This document shows, one piece after another, positions 8,875 to 17,538 of a DNA stretch of 32,000 nucleotides. The stretch is taken from positions 1,410,001 through 1,442,000 of the forward strand of contig NZ_LN831039.1 in NCBI RefSeq assembly GCF_001457595.1, written 5' to 3'. The position numbers and the translations under genes were made by a program. The notes beneath the pieces are model-generated. The model did not search any database and had not been told where the DNA came from. It worked only from the letters and a program-made list of their open reading frames with translations. Positions within the stretch are counted from its first letter, which is position 1, and every line of letters begins with the position of its first letter. The stretch is from Mycolicibacterium smegmatis. GTDB taxonomy: Bacteria > Actinomycetota > Actinomycetes > Mycobacteriales > Mycobacteriaceae.

Positions 8875-9069
8875 GCTCGCCGCTGGGGGTCAGTAGCACG
8901 TTGATATCGGTGGGCCCGGAGATGGGATATTCGTCGTCGCGGCCGGTTCTCGCGGTCTGGATGGCTTTGGCGGTGAAGATTTGGAGGTGGATAACGCCGG
9001 GGCCCAGGTTCAGTTGCTGTTCTGGGGGCGGAGTACCGATGTAGGCACCGACCGCCAGGATTCCGGTGG

Positions 9070-10558
9070 CGAGCAATGATCAATACCTGTGGATGAGCCT
9101 CGGTGTGGGGGCGTGAAGATGGGCGCACCTTCCCGGGGATGATCTTCACGGAATCAGGTATTCGATCAAGACCGGCGTTGGCGCGCTGGTTGGGAAGGTA
9201 CGCCCATGCTCACCGTAGTTCACGACACCGAGGACGCCAACGACAAGGCCAGCGGTGCTGGTCGGTCGTTGTTGGATGAGATCGTCCGCGACGGGGCCCG
9301 GCAGATGCTGGCCGCGGCGTTGCAGGCCGAGGTCGCCGCCTACGTGGCGCAGTTCGCCGATCAACTCGACGAGAACGGTCACCGGTTGGTGGTGCGAAAC
9401 GGCTATCACCAGCCCCGGGAGGTGCTGACCGCCGCCGGCGCGGTGCAGGTGAAAGCGCCGCGGGTCAACGACCGCCGTGTCGACCCCGACACCGGTGAAC
9501 GCAAGCGGTTCTCCTCGGCGATCCTGCCGGCCTGGGCGCGCAAGTCGCCGCAGATGAGCGAGGTACTGCCGCTGCTGTACCTGCACGGCCTGTCGAGCAA
9601 CGATTTCACCCCTGCCCTCGAGCAGTTCCTCGGCTCCGGCGCTGGGCTGTCGGCCAGCACGATCACCCGGCTCACGGCGCAGTGGCAAGACGAGGCCCGC
9701 GCGTTTGGGGCCCGCGACCTCTCGGCCACTGATTACGTGTATCTGTGGGTCGACGGCATTCACCTCAAGGTGCGGCTGGACCAGGAAAAGCTCTGTCTGC
9801 TGGTGATGCTGGGCGTGCGTGCTGATGGCCGCAAGGAGCTCGTGGCGATCACCGACGGCTACCGCGAGTCGGCCGAGTCGTGGGCCGATCTGTTGCGCGA
9901 CTGCAAGCGCCGCGGCATGACCGCCCCCGTACTCGCGATCGGCGATGGCGCGCTCGGGTTCTGGAAAGCAGTCCGCGAGGTTTTCCCGGCCACCAAAGAG
10001 CAGCGGTGCTGGTTTCATAAGCAGGCCAATGTTCTTGCTGCACTGCCGAAATCAGCGCACCCGTCGGCGCTGGCGGCGATCAAGGAGATCTACAACGCCG
10101 AGGATATCGACAAGGCCCAGATCGCGGTCAAGGCCTTCGAGGCCGACTTCGGCGCGAAGTATCCCAAGGCGGTCGCTAAGATCACCGACGACCTCGATGT
10201 GCTGCTGGAATTCTACAAGTATCCGGCCGAACATTGGATTCATCTGCGAACGACGAATCCGATCGAATCCACCTTTGCCACAGTGCGTTTGAGGACCAAG
10301 GTCACCAAGGGGCCCGGATCACGAGCGGCCGGACTAGCGATGGCCTACAAGCTCATCGACGCCGCCGCGGCCCGCTGGCGTGCCGTCAACGCCCCACACC
10401 TGGTCGCCCTGGTCCGCGCCGGCGCGGTCTTCCATAAAGGCAGACTGCTCGAACGACCCACCGACATCACCCCGCCAACATCGCCCTCAGACGGCGGTCA
10501 GCACGCCGGAACGGAGGTCGCCTGAAACACCCCGATCCACAGGTATTGACAATTCCTC
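9070..10558 (+). mobile_element. IS256-family insertion sequence with 9-bp target duplication TTCCGGTGG
   Basis: Terminal inverted repeats GAGCAATGATCAATACCTGTGGAT (9071-9094) and reverse-complemented GAGGAATTGTCAATACCTGTGGAT (10535-10558), 21/24 matches. TTCCGGTGG occurs at 9061-9069 and at 10559-10567. Confidence 0.9.
9206..10525 (+). CDS. IS256-family transposase (mutator-type)
   Basis: 439 aa with 'YVYLWVDGIHLKVRL', 'VLAIGDGALGFWKAVREVFPATKEQRCWFHKQANVLAALPKS' and 'TTNPIESTFATVRLRT'. Confidence 0.95.
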   Translation: MLTVVHDTEDANDKASGAGRSLLDEIVRDGARQMLAAALQAEVAAYVAQFADQLDENGHRLVVRNGYHQPREVLTAAGAVQVKAPRVNDRRVDPDTGERKRFSSAILPAWARKSPQMSEVLPLLYLHGLSSNDFTPALEQFLGSGAGLSASTITRLTAQWQDEARAFGARDLSATDYVYLWVDGIHLKVRLDQEKLCLLVMLGVRADGRKELVAITDGYRESAESWADLLRDCKRRGMTAPVLAIGDGALGFWKAVREVFPATKEQRCWFHKQANVLAALPKSAHPSALAAIKEIYNAEDIDKAQIAVKAFEADFGAKYPKAVAKITDDLDVLLEFYKYPAEHWIHLRTTNPIESTFATVRLRTKVTKGPGSRAAGLAMAYKLIDAAAARWRAVNAPHLVALVRAGAVFHKGRLLERPTDITPPTSPSDGGQHAGTEVA

Positions 10559-10950
10559 TTCCGGTGGTCAGCTCCAGGTTTCCGTCGAAGACTCGTTCCC
10601 CAAGCCCTGTGGGGTCGGTCCCGCGGTAGACCCGTACGTGGACTAACCGCTCAGCATCGTCGGATTCGTCTTCGCTCAATGTGTAGACATCGATGGCATG
10701 GTCTGTTGACCAGCACCAGATAGTGGTTTTAGCGCCGTCTGGGACACCCGCTTGATCCTCGGTATCGAGATCCTCGATGCTCACGGTGCTGCCCCACGGG
10801 AATACGTGAACATCAAGGAGCAGCTCGTTGTCACTCACAGATCCAGCACCGCCTCATCTCGATGGGTTGGTTGCTTGGCCAGTCTCACGAGACGGCCCGT
10901 CTGGCGCAAATGGCCCGGCTTACCAGCGCAACTCGATGACTGCATGTCGC

Positions 10951-11094
10951 TTATTTACCGGAGGGTTTTTTGTGGTTTTTCTTGCTTTTCTTGTTCTTCT
11001 TTTTGTCGTTTTTCCTATTGTCGGACTTCTTCGATGACTGCGCCTTAGATCCCGAGTTACGACCTTGACCGCCGGCCTGATTGTTCTCACGGGC
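10951..11094 (-). pseudogene. 3' fragment of a gene with a Lys/Asn/Ser-rich tail, cut by an IS3-family element
   Basis: The frame ends ...ARENNQAGGQGRNSGSKAQSSKKSDNRKNDKKKNKKSKKNHKKPSGK*. Its upstream part is replaced by IS sequence from about 11094. Confidence 0.55.
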
Positions 11095-11164
11095 GGGTCT
11101 GCTGCACGAACAGGTGACATCTGAGTTGGCTTGTCCAGCGTGGGCAGGCTGGAAGGATGTCCCC

Positions 11165-11191
11165 ATGGCAAGGCCCTATCCCCGTGAGTTC
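11165..11191 (+). pseudogene. 5' fragment of OrfA of the interrupted IS3 element
   Basis: ATGGCAAGGCCCTATCCCCGTGAGTTC = MARPYPREF, immediately before the inserted IS. It continues in frame at 12559 (CGCGACGACGTC, RDDVVRVARN) after one TTC copy is removed. Confidence 0.85.
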
Positions 11192-11221
11192 TGATCCACC
11201 CCGGCATGTCGGGAGGTTCTC

Positions 11222-12175
11222 TTATCTGAGTGCCTCCTCGGCATGAGGGTGCCGTTGGCGATGGTAGTAGAGCGCTTCGGCCCGATCGGGGGTCAGGTCC
11301 TGGCAGTAGCCGTTGGGTCGCTGACGGTTGTAGAAGGCCACCCATTCGGCGGTCCCCAGCGCCAGTTCGGTGGCACCGGGATAGAGCGGCTGGCGGTCGA
11401 TGAGTTCGGTCTTGTAGCTGCTGTTCACCGATTCGGCCAGAGCATTATCGAAACTATCCCCGACGGATCCGACTGAAGGCAGGATCCCCTCAGCGGCCAG
11501 ACGTTCGGTGAACGCGACCGCGGTGTATTGCGAGCCCGCGTCGCTGTGGTGGATAAGTGAATCCAAAGATGCTGCACCCGAACGCTTTCTGGTGTCGATA
11601 GCGTGGTCGATCGCATCGGTCACCAGCTTCTGGGTCATCTCGGTAGCCACCTTCCAACCCACGATCTTGCGGGCATAGACATCGGTGACGAACGCCGTGT
11701 AGGCCCAGCCGGCACGAGTCCGGCAGTAGGTGAAATCGGCCACCCACAATCGGTCAGGCGCACCGGCGACGAAATTACGCCGGACCCGATCCGGGGCTCG
11801 CGTCGCTGCCGGATCGGCGACGGTGGTGCGCACCCGCCGGCGCTTGCACGCACCCCGCCAACCCATCTCCCGCATGACCCGTTCCACGACACAGCGCGAT
11901 ACGTCGATACCATTGGTGCGCAATACAATCCATGTCTTACGAGCGCCCAGGACTCGGTACAGACTCTGCGATTGGCGAAGCTGCCAGATCGCATCGATCA
12001 CCTGCGCATCGGCCCAGTCGGCTTTCGAGGGGCCCTGACGGGCGCGGTGGGCGTAATACGTCGACGGGGCGATCGTGACGCCGTACTCGGAAAGCACAGC
12101 GCACATCGACTCGACACCCCACTTGAGACCATCAACGCCCACCCGCATGTGCTGGTGGGCGCTGATGAACTCCAC
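11222..12175 (-). CDS. IS3-family transposase OrfB
   Basis: Protein identical to the 4098-5051 product. Confidence 0.95.
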   Translation of the reverse strand: MEFISAHQHMRVGVDGLKWGVESMCAVLSEYGVTIAPSTYYAHRARQGPSKADWADAQVIDAIWQLRQSQSLYRVLGARKTWIVLRTNGIDVSRCVVERVMREMGWRGACKRRRVRTTVADPAATRAPDRVRRNFVAGAPDRLWVADFTYCRTRAGWAYTAFVTDVYARKIVGWKVATEMTQKLVTDAIDHAIDTRKRSGAASLDSLIHHSDAGSQYTAVAFTERLAAEGILPSVGSVGDSFDNALAESVNSSYKTELIDRQPLYPGATELALGTAEWVAFYNRQRPNGYCQDLTPDRAEALYYHRQRHPHAEEALR

Positions 12176-12177
12176 GA

Positions 12178-12504
12178 CTACTGAGAGGGCCGGTCGAGCT
12201 CGGCGGCGAAGAAAACCGAGGCCGCCTTCAAGATCGCGTTGGCCCGCTTGAGTTCGGCATTCTCCCGGCGCAGCTTGCGCAGGACCTCGGATTCCTCGCT
12301 GGTCTGCCCCGCCCGAGAGCCGGCGTCGATCTCAGCCTGGCGGACCCATTTGCGCACCGTTTCGGCAGTACCGACGCCCAGCAGGTCAGCAACCCGGCCC
12401 ATCGCCTCCCACTCCGAAACTGTCTCGCTGCGCAGATCGGCCACCATCTGCACCGCCCGCACCTTCAGCTCGTCTGGATACCGCCTCGATGACTTCGATC
12501 CCAC
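12178..12504 (-). CDS. IS3-family transposase OrfA
   Basis: Protein identical to the 3769-4095 product. Confidence 0.9.
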   Translation of the reverse strand: MGSKSSRRYPDELKVRAVQMVADLRSETVSEWEAMGRVADLLGVGTAETVRKWVRQAEIDAGSRAGQTSEESEVLRKLRRENAELKRANAILKAASVFFAAELDRPSQ

Positions 12505-12555
12505 GTGCCCATCCTTCCCAACGGAAGAACTCTCCAGACACGCCGGGGCGGATCA

Positions 12556-12840
12556 TTCCGCGACGACGTCGTGCGCGTGGCCCGCAACCGCGAAGACGGT
12601 GTGACGATCGAGCAGATCGCCACCGATTTCGGTGTGCACCCGATGACGCTGCACAAATGGCTTCGCCAGGCCGACATCGACGAGGGCACCAAGCCCGGTA
12701 GAACCACCAGCGAGTCCGGTGAGCTGCGTGAGGCCCGGCGTCGGATCAAGCTGCTCGAGCTGGAGAACGAGGTGCTGCGCCGGGCCGCGGCGTATCTGTC
12801 ACAGGCCAACCTGCCGGGAAAAGGCTCTACCCGCTCGTGA
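12556..12840 (+). pseudogene. 3' fragment of OrfA of the interrupted IS3 element
   Basis: (F)RDDVVRVARNREDGVTIEQIATDFGVHPMTLHKWLRQADIDEG...RRRIKLLELENEVLRRAAAYLSQANLP; HTH plus zipper organisation. Confidence 0.88.
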
Positions 12841-13697
12841 AAGAGCTCGCCGCCGACGGGATCCCCGTCGCGGTGACGTGCCGGGTACTCAAGCTCGCCC
12901 GCCAACCGTATTACCGCTGGCTGGCCGCCCCAGTCACCGACGCCGACCTCGTTGAGGCCTACCGCGCCAACGCCCTGTTCGACGCTCACCACGAGGACCC
13001 CGAGTTCGGGTACCGCTACCTGGCCGAAGAGGCCCGCGACGCCGGCGAACCGATGGCCGAGCGCACCGCGTGGCGCATCTGCTCGCACAATCGCCTGTGG
13101 AGCGTGTTCGGCAAGCGCAAACGCGGCAAGAACGGCAAGCCCGGCCCACCAGCCCACGACGATCTCGTCGAACGTGACTTCACCGCTGAGGCGCCGAATC
13201 AGCTGTGGCTGGCCGATATTACCGAACACCGCACCGGCGAGGGCAAGCTCTACCTCTGCGCCATCAAAGACGTGTTCTCCAACCGCATCGTCGGCTACAG
13301 CATCGACTCCCGGATGAAGTCCCGACTGGCCACCCGTGCACTGCACAGCGCGGTAGCCCGACGCGGAGATGTCGCCGGGTGCATTCTGCATTCGGATCGT
13401 GGATCTCAGTTCAGGTCAAGGAGATTCGTACACGCGCTGCACCATCACGACATGGTCGGCTCCATGGGGCGCGTCGGCGCGGCCGGCGACAACGCAGCCA
13501 TGGAGAGCTTCTTCAGCCTGCTGCAGAAGAACGTCTTGGACCGCCGCCGTTGGCGCACCCGAGAAGAGCTGCGGATCGCGATCGTCATCTGGATCGAACG
13601 GACCTACCATCGCCGCCGGCGCCAGGCCGGCCTCGACCGGTTGACCCCCATCGAGTTCGAAGCCATCATGACCACACCGGCCAGTCAGGCCGCGTGA
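12837..13697 (+). CDS. IS3-family transposase OrfB (second element type)
   Basis: 'APNQLWLADITEHRTGEGKLYLCAIKDVFSNRIVGYSID', 'CILHSDRGSQFRSRRF' and 'DNAAMESFFSLLQKN'. Confidence 0.94.
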   Translation: MKELAADGIPVAVTCRVLKLARQPYYRWLAAPVTDADLVEAYRANALFDAHHEDPEFGYRYLAEEARDAGEPMAERTAWRICSHNRLWSVFGKRKRGKNGKPGPPAHDDLVERDFTAEAPNQLWLADITEHRTGEGKLYLCAIKDVFSNRIVGYSIDSRMKSRLATRALHSAVARRGDVAGCILHSDRGSQFRSRRFVHALHHHDMVGSMGRVGAAGDNAAMESFFSLLQKNVLDRRRWRTREELRIAIVIWIERTYHRRRRQAGLDRLTPIEFEAIMTTPASQAA

Positions 13698-13732
13698 CCG
13701 AAACTGTCACCTGTTCGTGCAGCAGACCCAAC

Positions 13733-13827
13733 GCACGCAGCTGGCCGAGATCGCCCTGCAGGCCGCTCTGGACCACATTGCCGAACAGAAGGCGCTGCCA
13801 ACCGCGCCACGCGAAAGAGCCCGCTGA
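13733..13827 (+). pseudogene. C-terminal fragment of a gene cut by the IS3-family element
   Basis: The frame reads ...RTQLAEIALQAALDHIAEQKALPTAPRERAR*, and its TGA overlaps the ATG at 13827 (TGATG), an operon-like junction. Confidence 0.5.
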
Positions 13828-15022
13828 TGGATGAGTCGATCTATCGCAACCTTGATTCCCAACATCGGATCCTGGACGAGATCGAACGCAGCCTTGACGC
13901 GGCACTTGCCGACGATGAAAGCCCTGCACTGCCGGCGGTGACGTTCGATCCGGCAATGACGTACAGCGAGCTCACCGATGCCAACGACGCCCTCCGTCTC
14001 AGCACGGGTGGGAGGACGTCGATCTGTACTCCGCCCTGACGCCAGCACAACAGGAGCGCTACGAAAGCTGGCTTGATTCGCAGCGGCTGCCGTGGGCACG
14101 TGACGACTTCATGGTGCTCGGCCTGGCCGGCGCCGCAGCAACCCTTTTCGACACACAACTCGACGGTCTCGTGTCCGACAGCCTCGGTAAGTTGAAACAA
14201 TCGAACTTGATCAAGGGATGGGAAGCTGACGGCCGGCGCCTGCCGATCGATTACACCGGAATCGGCGTGGGCGGCCCCGGGCATCGGGTGAAGTCTGCCG
14301 GGCATGATCTAGCTCGGCCCCTCGAAGCGCTCCGTCAGATCCGCGAAGGAGTCTTTCGTGCAACGGCATGGCCGCACGGGAACGAGATGTCCGTCGAGGT
14401 GTCGTTATCCACCTGGCGCACGGTGGACAGCTGGCCGGAAGCCATGATCCTGTGGGCGAAGCATCTGGCTGCCGACATCGTTACCCCGATGAGCCTGCCG
14501 ATACCGGGGTTCAGCAAGCTGAACGAGTTGGACAACCAATGGGTACGCGAGTTCGCCTACGCAGCCTACGAAGGACCGCGACCACTCGGTCAGGGGCTCA
14601 ATGTTCGGTCGGGGATGCTGACACCGACACTGTCGGTGCTCAGCACTGAGGCGATCATCCGCACCCACATATTGGCCCGTGCGTACCAGACCCGCGGCAC
14701 TCTACAACTGACTGCAGCCGAACGCGCATTGCAGACCGAGATGCTCCTCGCCGGACATGGGCTCGTCGGTGCCGTGGCCCTTGGCAAGTCGACCGCAGTC
14801 CTCCTTCTGACCGAGAATCCGGCCTTCGCGGTGCGACACATCAATGTCCCCGTCCTGATGCGAATCGCCACTTTGGGCTGGAGTGCGCTCCAGGACCAGC
14901 GTCGACGCGCGACGGCCGCGGCGCCATCCTGGGACGATCTTCTCCTCGAATGGGCGAGGCCGTGGCAGCTCGACGCTGTTCTCGAAATTGAGGTGGAAGC
15001 CAAGCGCCTCACTTTGGTTTGA
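13827..15022 (+). pseudogene. Uncharacterised protein, apparently frameshifted near 14000-14010
   Basis: ORF 13827-14039 (MDESIYRNLDSQHRILDEIE...ELTDANDALRLS) is followed in another frame by HGWEDVDLYSALTPAQQERYESWLDSQRLPWARDDFMVLGLAG..., which runs open into ORF 14111-15022. That second frame has no evident start before 14111. Confidence 0.6.
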
Positions 15023-15042
15023 CGTTTCGACAAGCGAACGTC

Positions 15043-16122
15043 TTACCGGTCAGCCCACCAGGGCGGGAAGCTGATATCAAGCCGCTCGCTGCGGCGGTAG
15101 CCCGCCCAGGTGGGCACCCCAACTGGCTGTCCGCGGTAGATTCCGCGAGCCGCGGCGACGACCCGTGGATGCTGGGTCGGCCATTGCAGGGTTGATGCAA
15201 TCTCCTCGAGCACTGCTACATCCCGCCCCAGTACACGATCAACGATCGCCACCGCGGGCAACGCGCCACCCTTGTCGCTGTTGCAGCGCGCACATGCCAG
15301 GACCAGGTTGGCCAGACCGTCGATCCCGACCAACGACCAGGGCAGCACGTGGTCGATCGGGTTGTCTGCGGGTAGATGAGTCCCGCAGTAAAAGCAGTGT
15401 GGGCCAAAGGCTTCCTTGAACGGCTCGCGCACCGCGGCGAGTGCGGTGCGTTCACGTCCGAACAGGTGGCCGGCGACATCAGGCACGTCGGCGTCGAGGA
15501 ATCGGTTCATCCGCCGCACGTCCTCCACCCACATGATTTCCAGTGCGGGCTTCAGCAGTCCGGCCAACCGCGCCAGACCGTGCGCGACGCCCGGTTTGAG
15601 CACGATCGCGTTACCGTGGGCACGCAGCGTCTTGCGGCTCACGTCGTCGTGCAGGAACGAGTCGTCGTAGAGGAACGCGTCGCTGCTCGATGCACCCGGC
15701 AACTTCTGCAACCGGTACAGGGGCTGCTGCGCCAGACACAGCATGATGTCGTCGATGGCGCGGTCATAGGCTTCCGGAGCACGCAGCCGCGCGATGTCTA
15801 CGGACAGCCCGCCACGCCGCGTCGCCGCAGCATCACGTAGGGCCTTCGTGGCAGCGAGGATCCGAGCCTTCGGCTGGGTGGACTGACGCAACTCATGCCC
15901 ATCGAAGGGCCGAACTTGGTGCCAGTAAAGCTCCAGCACACGATGTGCCAGCGCGGGAATCGGCACGGCGAGCGTGTCCGCGGGGTCGGCGGGCAGGTTC
16001 TCGACACAGTGCTCGATCAACGCCATCAACGTCGCGAGCTTGTAGGTGGCGGTGCGCAGACCGGTTTCGAGGATGGCGACCACGCGCTGTCCGAGCAGCA
16101 GAGGGTCGGATGCCTCGGTCAC
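15043..16122 (-). CDS. HNH endonuclease-domain protein, copy A
   Basis: 'HCFYCGTHLPADNPIDHVLPWSLVGIDGLANLVLACARCNSDKGG' is an HNH/treble-clef motif. About 90-95% identical to the 17539-18618 product by eye. Confidence 0.85.
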   Translation of the reverse strand: MTEASDPLLLGQRVVAILETGLRTATYKLATLMALIEHCVENLPADPADTLAVPIPALAHRVLELYWHQVRPFDGHELRQSTQPKARILAATKALRDAAATRRGGLSVDIARLRAPEAYDRAIDDIMLCLAQQPLYRLQKLPGASSSDAFLYDDSFLHDDVSRKTLRAHGNAIVLKPGVAHGLARLAGLLKPALEIMWVEDVRRMNRFLDADVPDVAGHLFGRERTALAAVREPFKEAFGPHCFYCGTHLPADNPIDHVLPWSLVGIDGLANLVLACARCNSDKGGALPAVAIVDRVLGRDVAVLEEIASTLQWPTQHPRVVAAARGIYRGQPVGVPTWAGYRRSERLDISFPPWWADR

Positions 16123-16230
16123 GCCATCTCCTCACGACGCTGTCTCGTCGAACCGTACGAGAGCATTATCGCGGGAAGAACGGACAGCGTGACAGAAGTC
16201 AGCTGGTTCGGCGCCAGACTCGCACACCGA

Positions 16231-17358
16231 TCACGTGGCCCCGAACGCCTCCACATACAGCGCATAGAGCGAATGCGATGCGGCCATGTAGAGGCGGTTG
16301 TTCTCCGGGCCGCCGAAGGTGAGGTTGGCGCAGCGTTCGGGCAGGTGGATGAAACCGATCGGCTTGCCCTGCGGGTTGAAAACCATGACGCCGTCGAGAT
16401 TTTCGGGCTTGCCGCGGAGTTCGTACACCTTGCGGCCACCGACGTCGGTCGGCTGGTCGGCGACCAGGCCGTTGCTGCCCCAGCCGCACCACAGATTGCC
16501 GTCGCGGTCGACGGTGAACCCGTCAAGCGCGCCCTGGTCGGCGGCGTCGATCAGCTTGGTCTTGTTGGCGACGGTGCCGTCGTCGTTGACGTCGAAGCTC
16601 CACAGGCTGCGGTTCGGGGTGCCGCGCCACTCGATCACGTAGAGCTTTTTCTCGTCGGGGGAGAACCCGATCCCGTTTGGGTTGACCAGGTCGGTGATCA
16701 CCGCGGTCAGCTCACCGTCAGGCGTGAGCCGGTAGACGTTGGTGGTCGCCTGCTCGGGCTCGGCGCGGCTGCCTTCCCATTCACCGTTGATGCCGAACAA
16801 CGGATCGGTGAACCAGATGGTGTCGTCGGATTTCACCACGATGTCGTTGGGCGCGTTGAGTCGCTTGCCCTCGAAACTGTCGGCCAGCACGGTGATGTCG
16901 CCGTTCTCCTCGGTGCGGGTGATGCGCCGCGTCTCGGAGTGCTCACACGTGACGAGCCGGCCCTGGCGGTCGCGCGTGTTCCCGTTCGAGTAGTTCGACG
17001 GATGGCGGAATACCGTGAAGCTGCCGTCTTTTTCGTCGAACTTCATGAGCCGGTTGTTCGGGGTGTCGCTGCACAGCAGGTAGCCGCCGTCGGGGAAGTA
17101 CACCGGTCCTTCGGCCCAGCGCATGCCGGTGGCGACCTGCTCGAGCGAGCTGGAGAACAGCCGGTACTTGGTGATGCTCGGATCGAGGATCTCGATCGCC
17201 GGATCGGGATAGCGCTGGTTCGGCTGGAATGGCGGGGTCGGGGGAGCGGAGGGTTGCGCCTGGGGTTGTTGCGCCGCCGACGACGAGCACGCGCCCGTGG
17301 TCATGGCCACAATGGTCGCCGCCGTCCCGAAAAGCAAGTTGCGCCGCGTCGTGTACAT
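16231..17358 (-). CDS. SMP-30/gluconolactonase/LRE-family protein with lipoprotein-like N-terminus
   Basis: '[30 protein letters not shown]', '[23 protein letters not shown]' and '[20 protein letters not shown]'. N-terminus has '[22 protein letters not shown]' (Tat/lipobox-like). Confidence 0.88.
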   Translation of the reverse strand: MYTTRRNLLFGTAATIVAMTTGACSSSAAQQPQAQPSAPPTPPFQPNQRYPDPAIEILDPSITKYRLFSSSLEQVATGMRWAEGPVYFPDGGYLLCSDTPNNRLMKFDEKDGSFTVFRHPSNYSNGNTRDRQGRLVTCEHSETRRITRTEENGDITVLADSFEGKRLNAPNDIVVKSDDTIWFTDPLFGINGEWEGSRAEPEQATTNVYRLTPDGELTAVITDLVNPNGIGFSPDEKKLYVIEWRGTPNRSLWSFDVNDDGTVANKTKLIDAADQGALDGFTVDRDGNLWCGWGSNGLVADQPTDVGGRKVYELRGKPENLDGVMVFNPQGKPIGFIHLPERCANLTFGGPENNRLYMAASHSLYALYVEAFGAT

Positions 17359-17538
17359 CGACTCTCTTTTCAGCCCGTACTGGCACCGGCTTTGGTGCTG
17401 AGCGTGAAATTACGCGCGATACCGAGGCGGGTCTAATCCCATTCCGACATGGATCGATACCGCTGCGGCATCGATGCGCGTACGAAACTCGGAACCGAAC
17501 ATCGCGGGCGCACTACGGGTTTCGAGCCACACTGAGAA

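Larger units (their letters stand above)
8875..10838 (-). pseudogene. Hypothetical protein gene split by an IS256-family insertion, with its 3' end abutting an IS1380 element
   Basis: The N-terminal part (10838 down to 10559) MSDNELLLDVHVFPWG...FDGNLELTTG joins in frame with GILAVGAYIGTPPPEQQLNLGPGVIHLQIFTAKAIQTARTGRDDEYPISGPTDINVLLTPSGE (9069 down to about 8875) once 9070-10558 and one 9-bp duplication are removed. Confidence 0.85.
11192..12555 (-). mobile_element. IS3-family insertion sequence, copy 2 (inverted relative to copy 1)
   Basis: 1364 bp with OrfA and OrfB products identical to copy 1. Flanked by TTC at 11189-11191 and 12556-12558. Confidence 0.94.
11095..13729 (+). mobile_element. 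Second IS3-family element, interrupted by IS3 copy 2 and its duplication
   Basis: Inverted ends GGGTCTGCTGCACGAACAGGTGACA (11095-11119) and TGTCACCTGTTCGTGCAGCAGACCC (13705-13729). About 1268 bp once the 1364-bp insert and 3-bp duplication are removed. Confidence 0.88.

Noticed and set aside
9146-10018. Long minus-strand ORF (290 aa)
   Set aside because: Lies antisense within the clear IS256 transposase; composition is typical of high-GC shadow ORFs.
3718-12555. Inversion or composite transposon between the two inverted IS3 copies
   Set aside because: Copy 2 keeps matching TTC flanks and the outer element is collinear across it, so reciprocal inversion between the copies is not supported. 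Copy 1 shows deletion-type flanks instead.
11095-13729. Target duplication for the outer IS3-family element
   Set aside because: Left flank (…CTCACGGGC) and right flank (AACGCACG…) show no convincing match, so none is claimed.
15895-17436. 513-aa plus-strand ORF
   Set aside because: Antisense to the SMP-30-like gene and part of the HNH gene; no recognisable motif.
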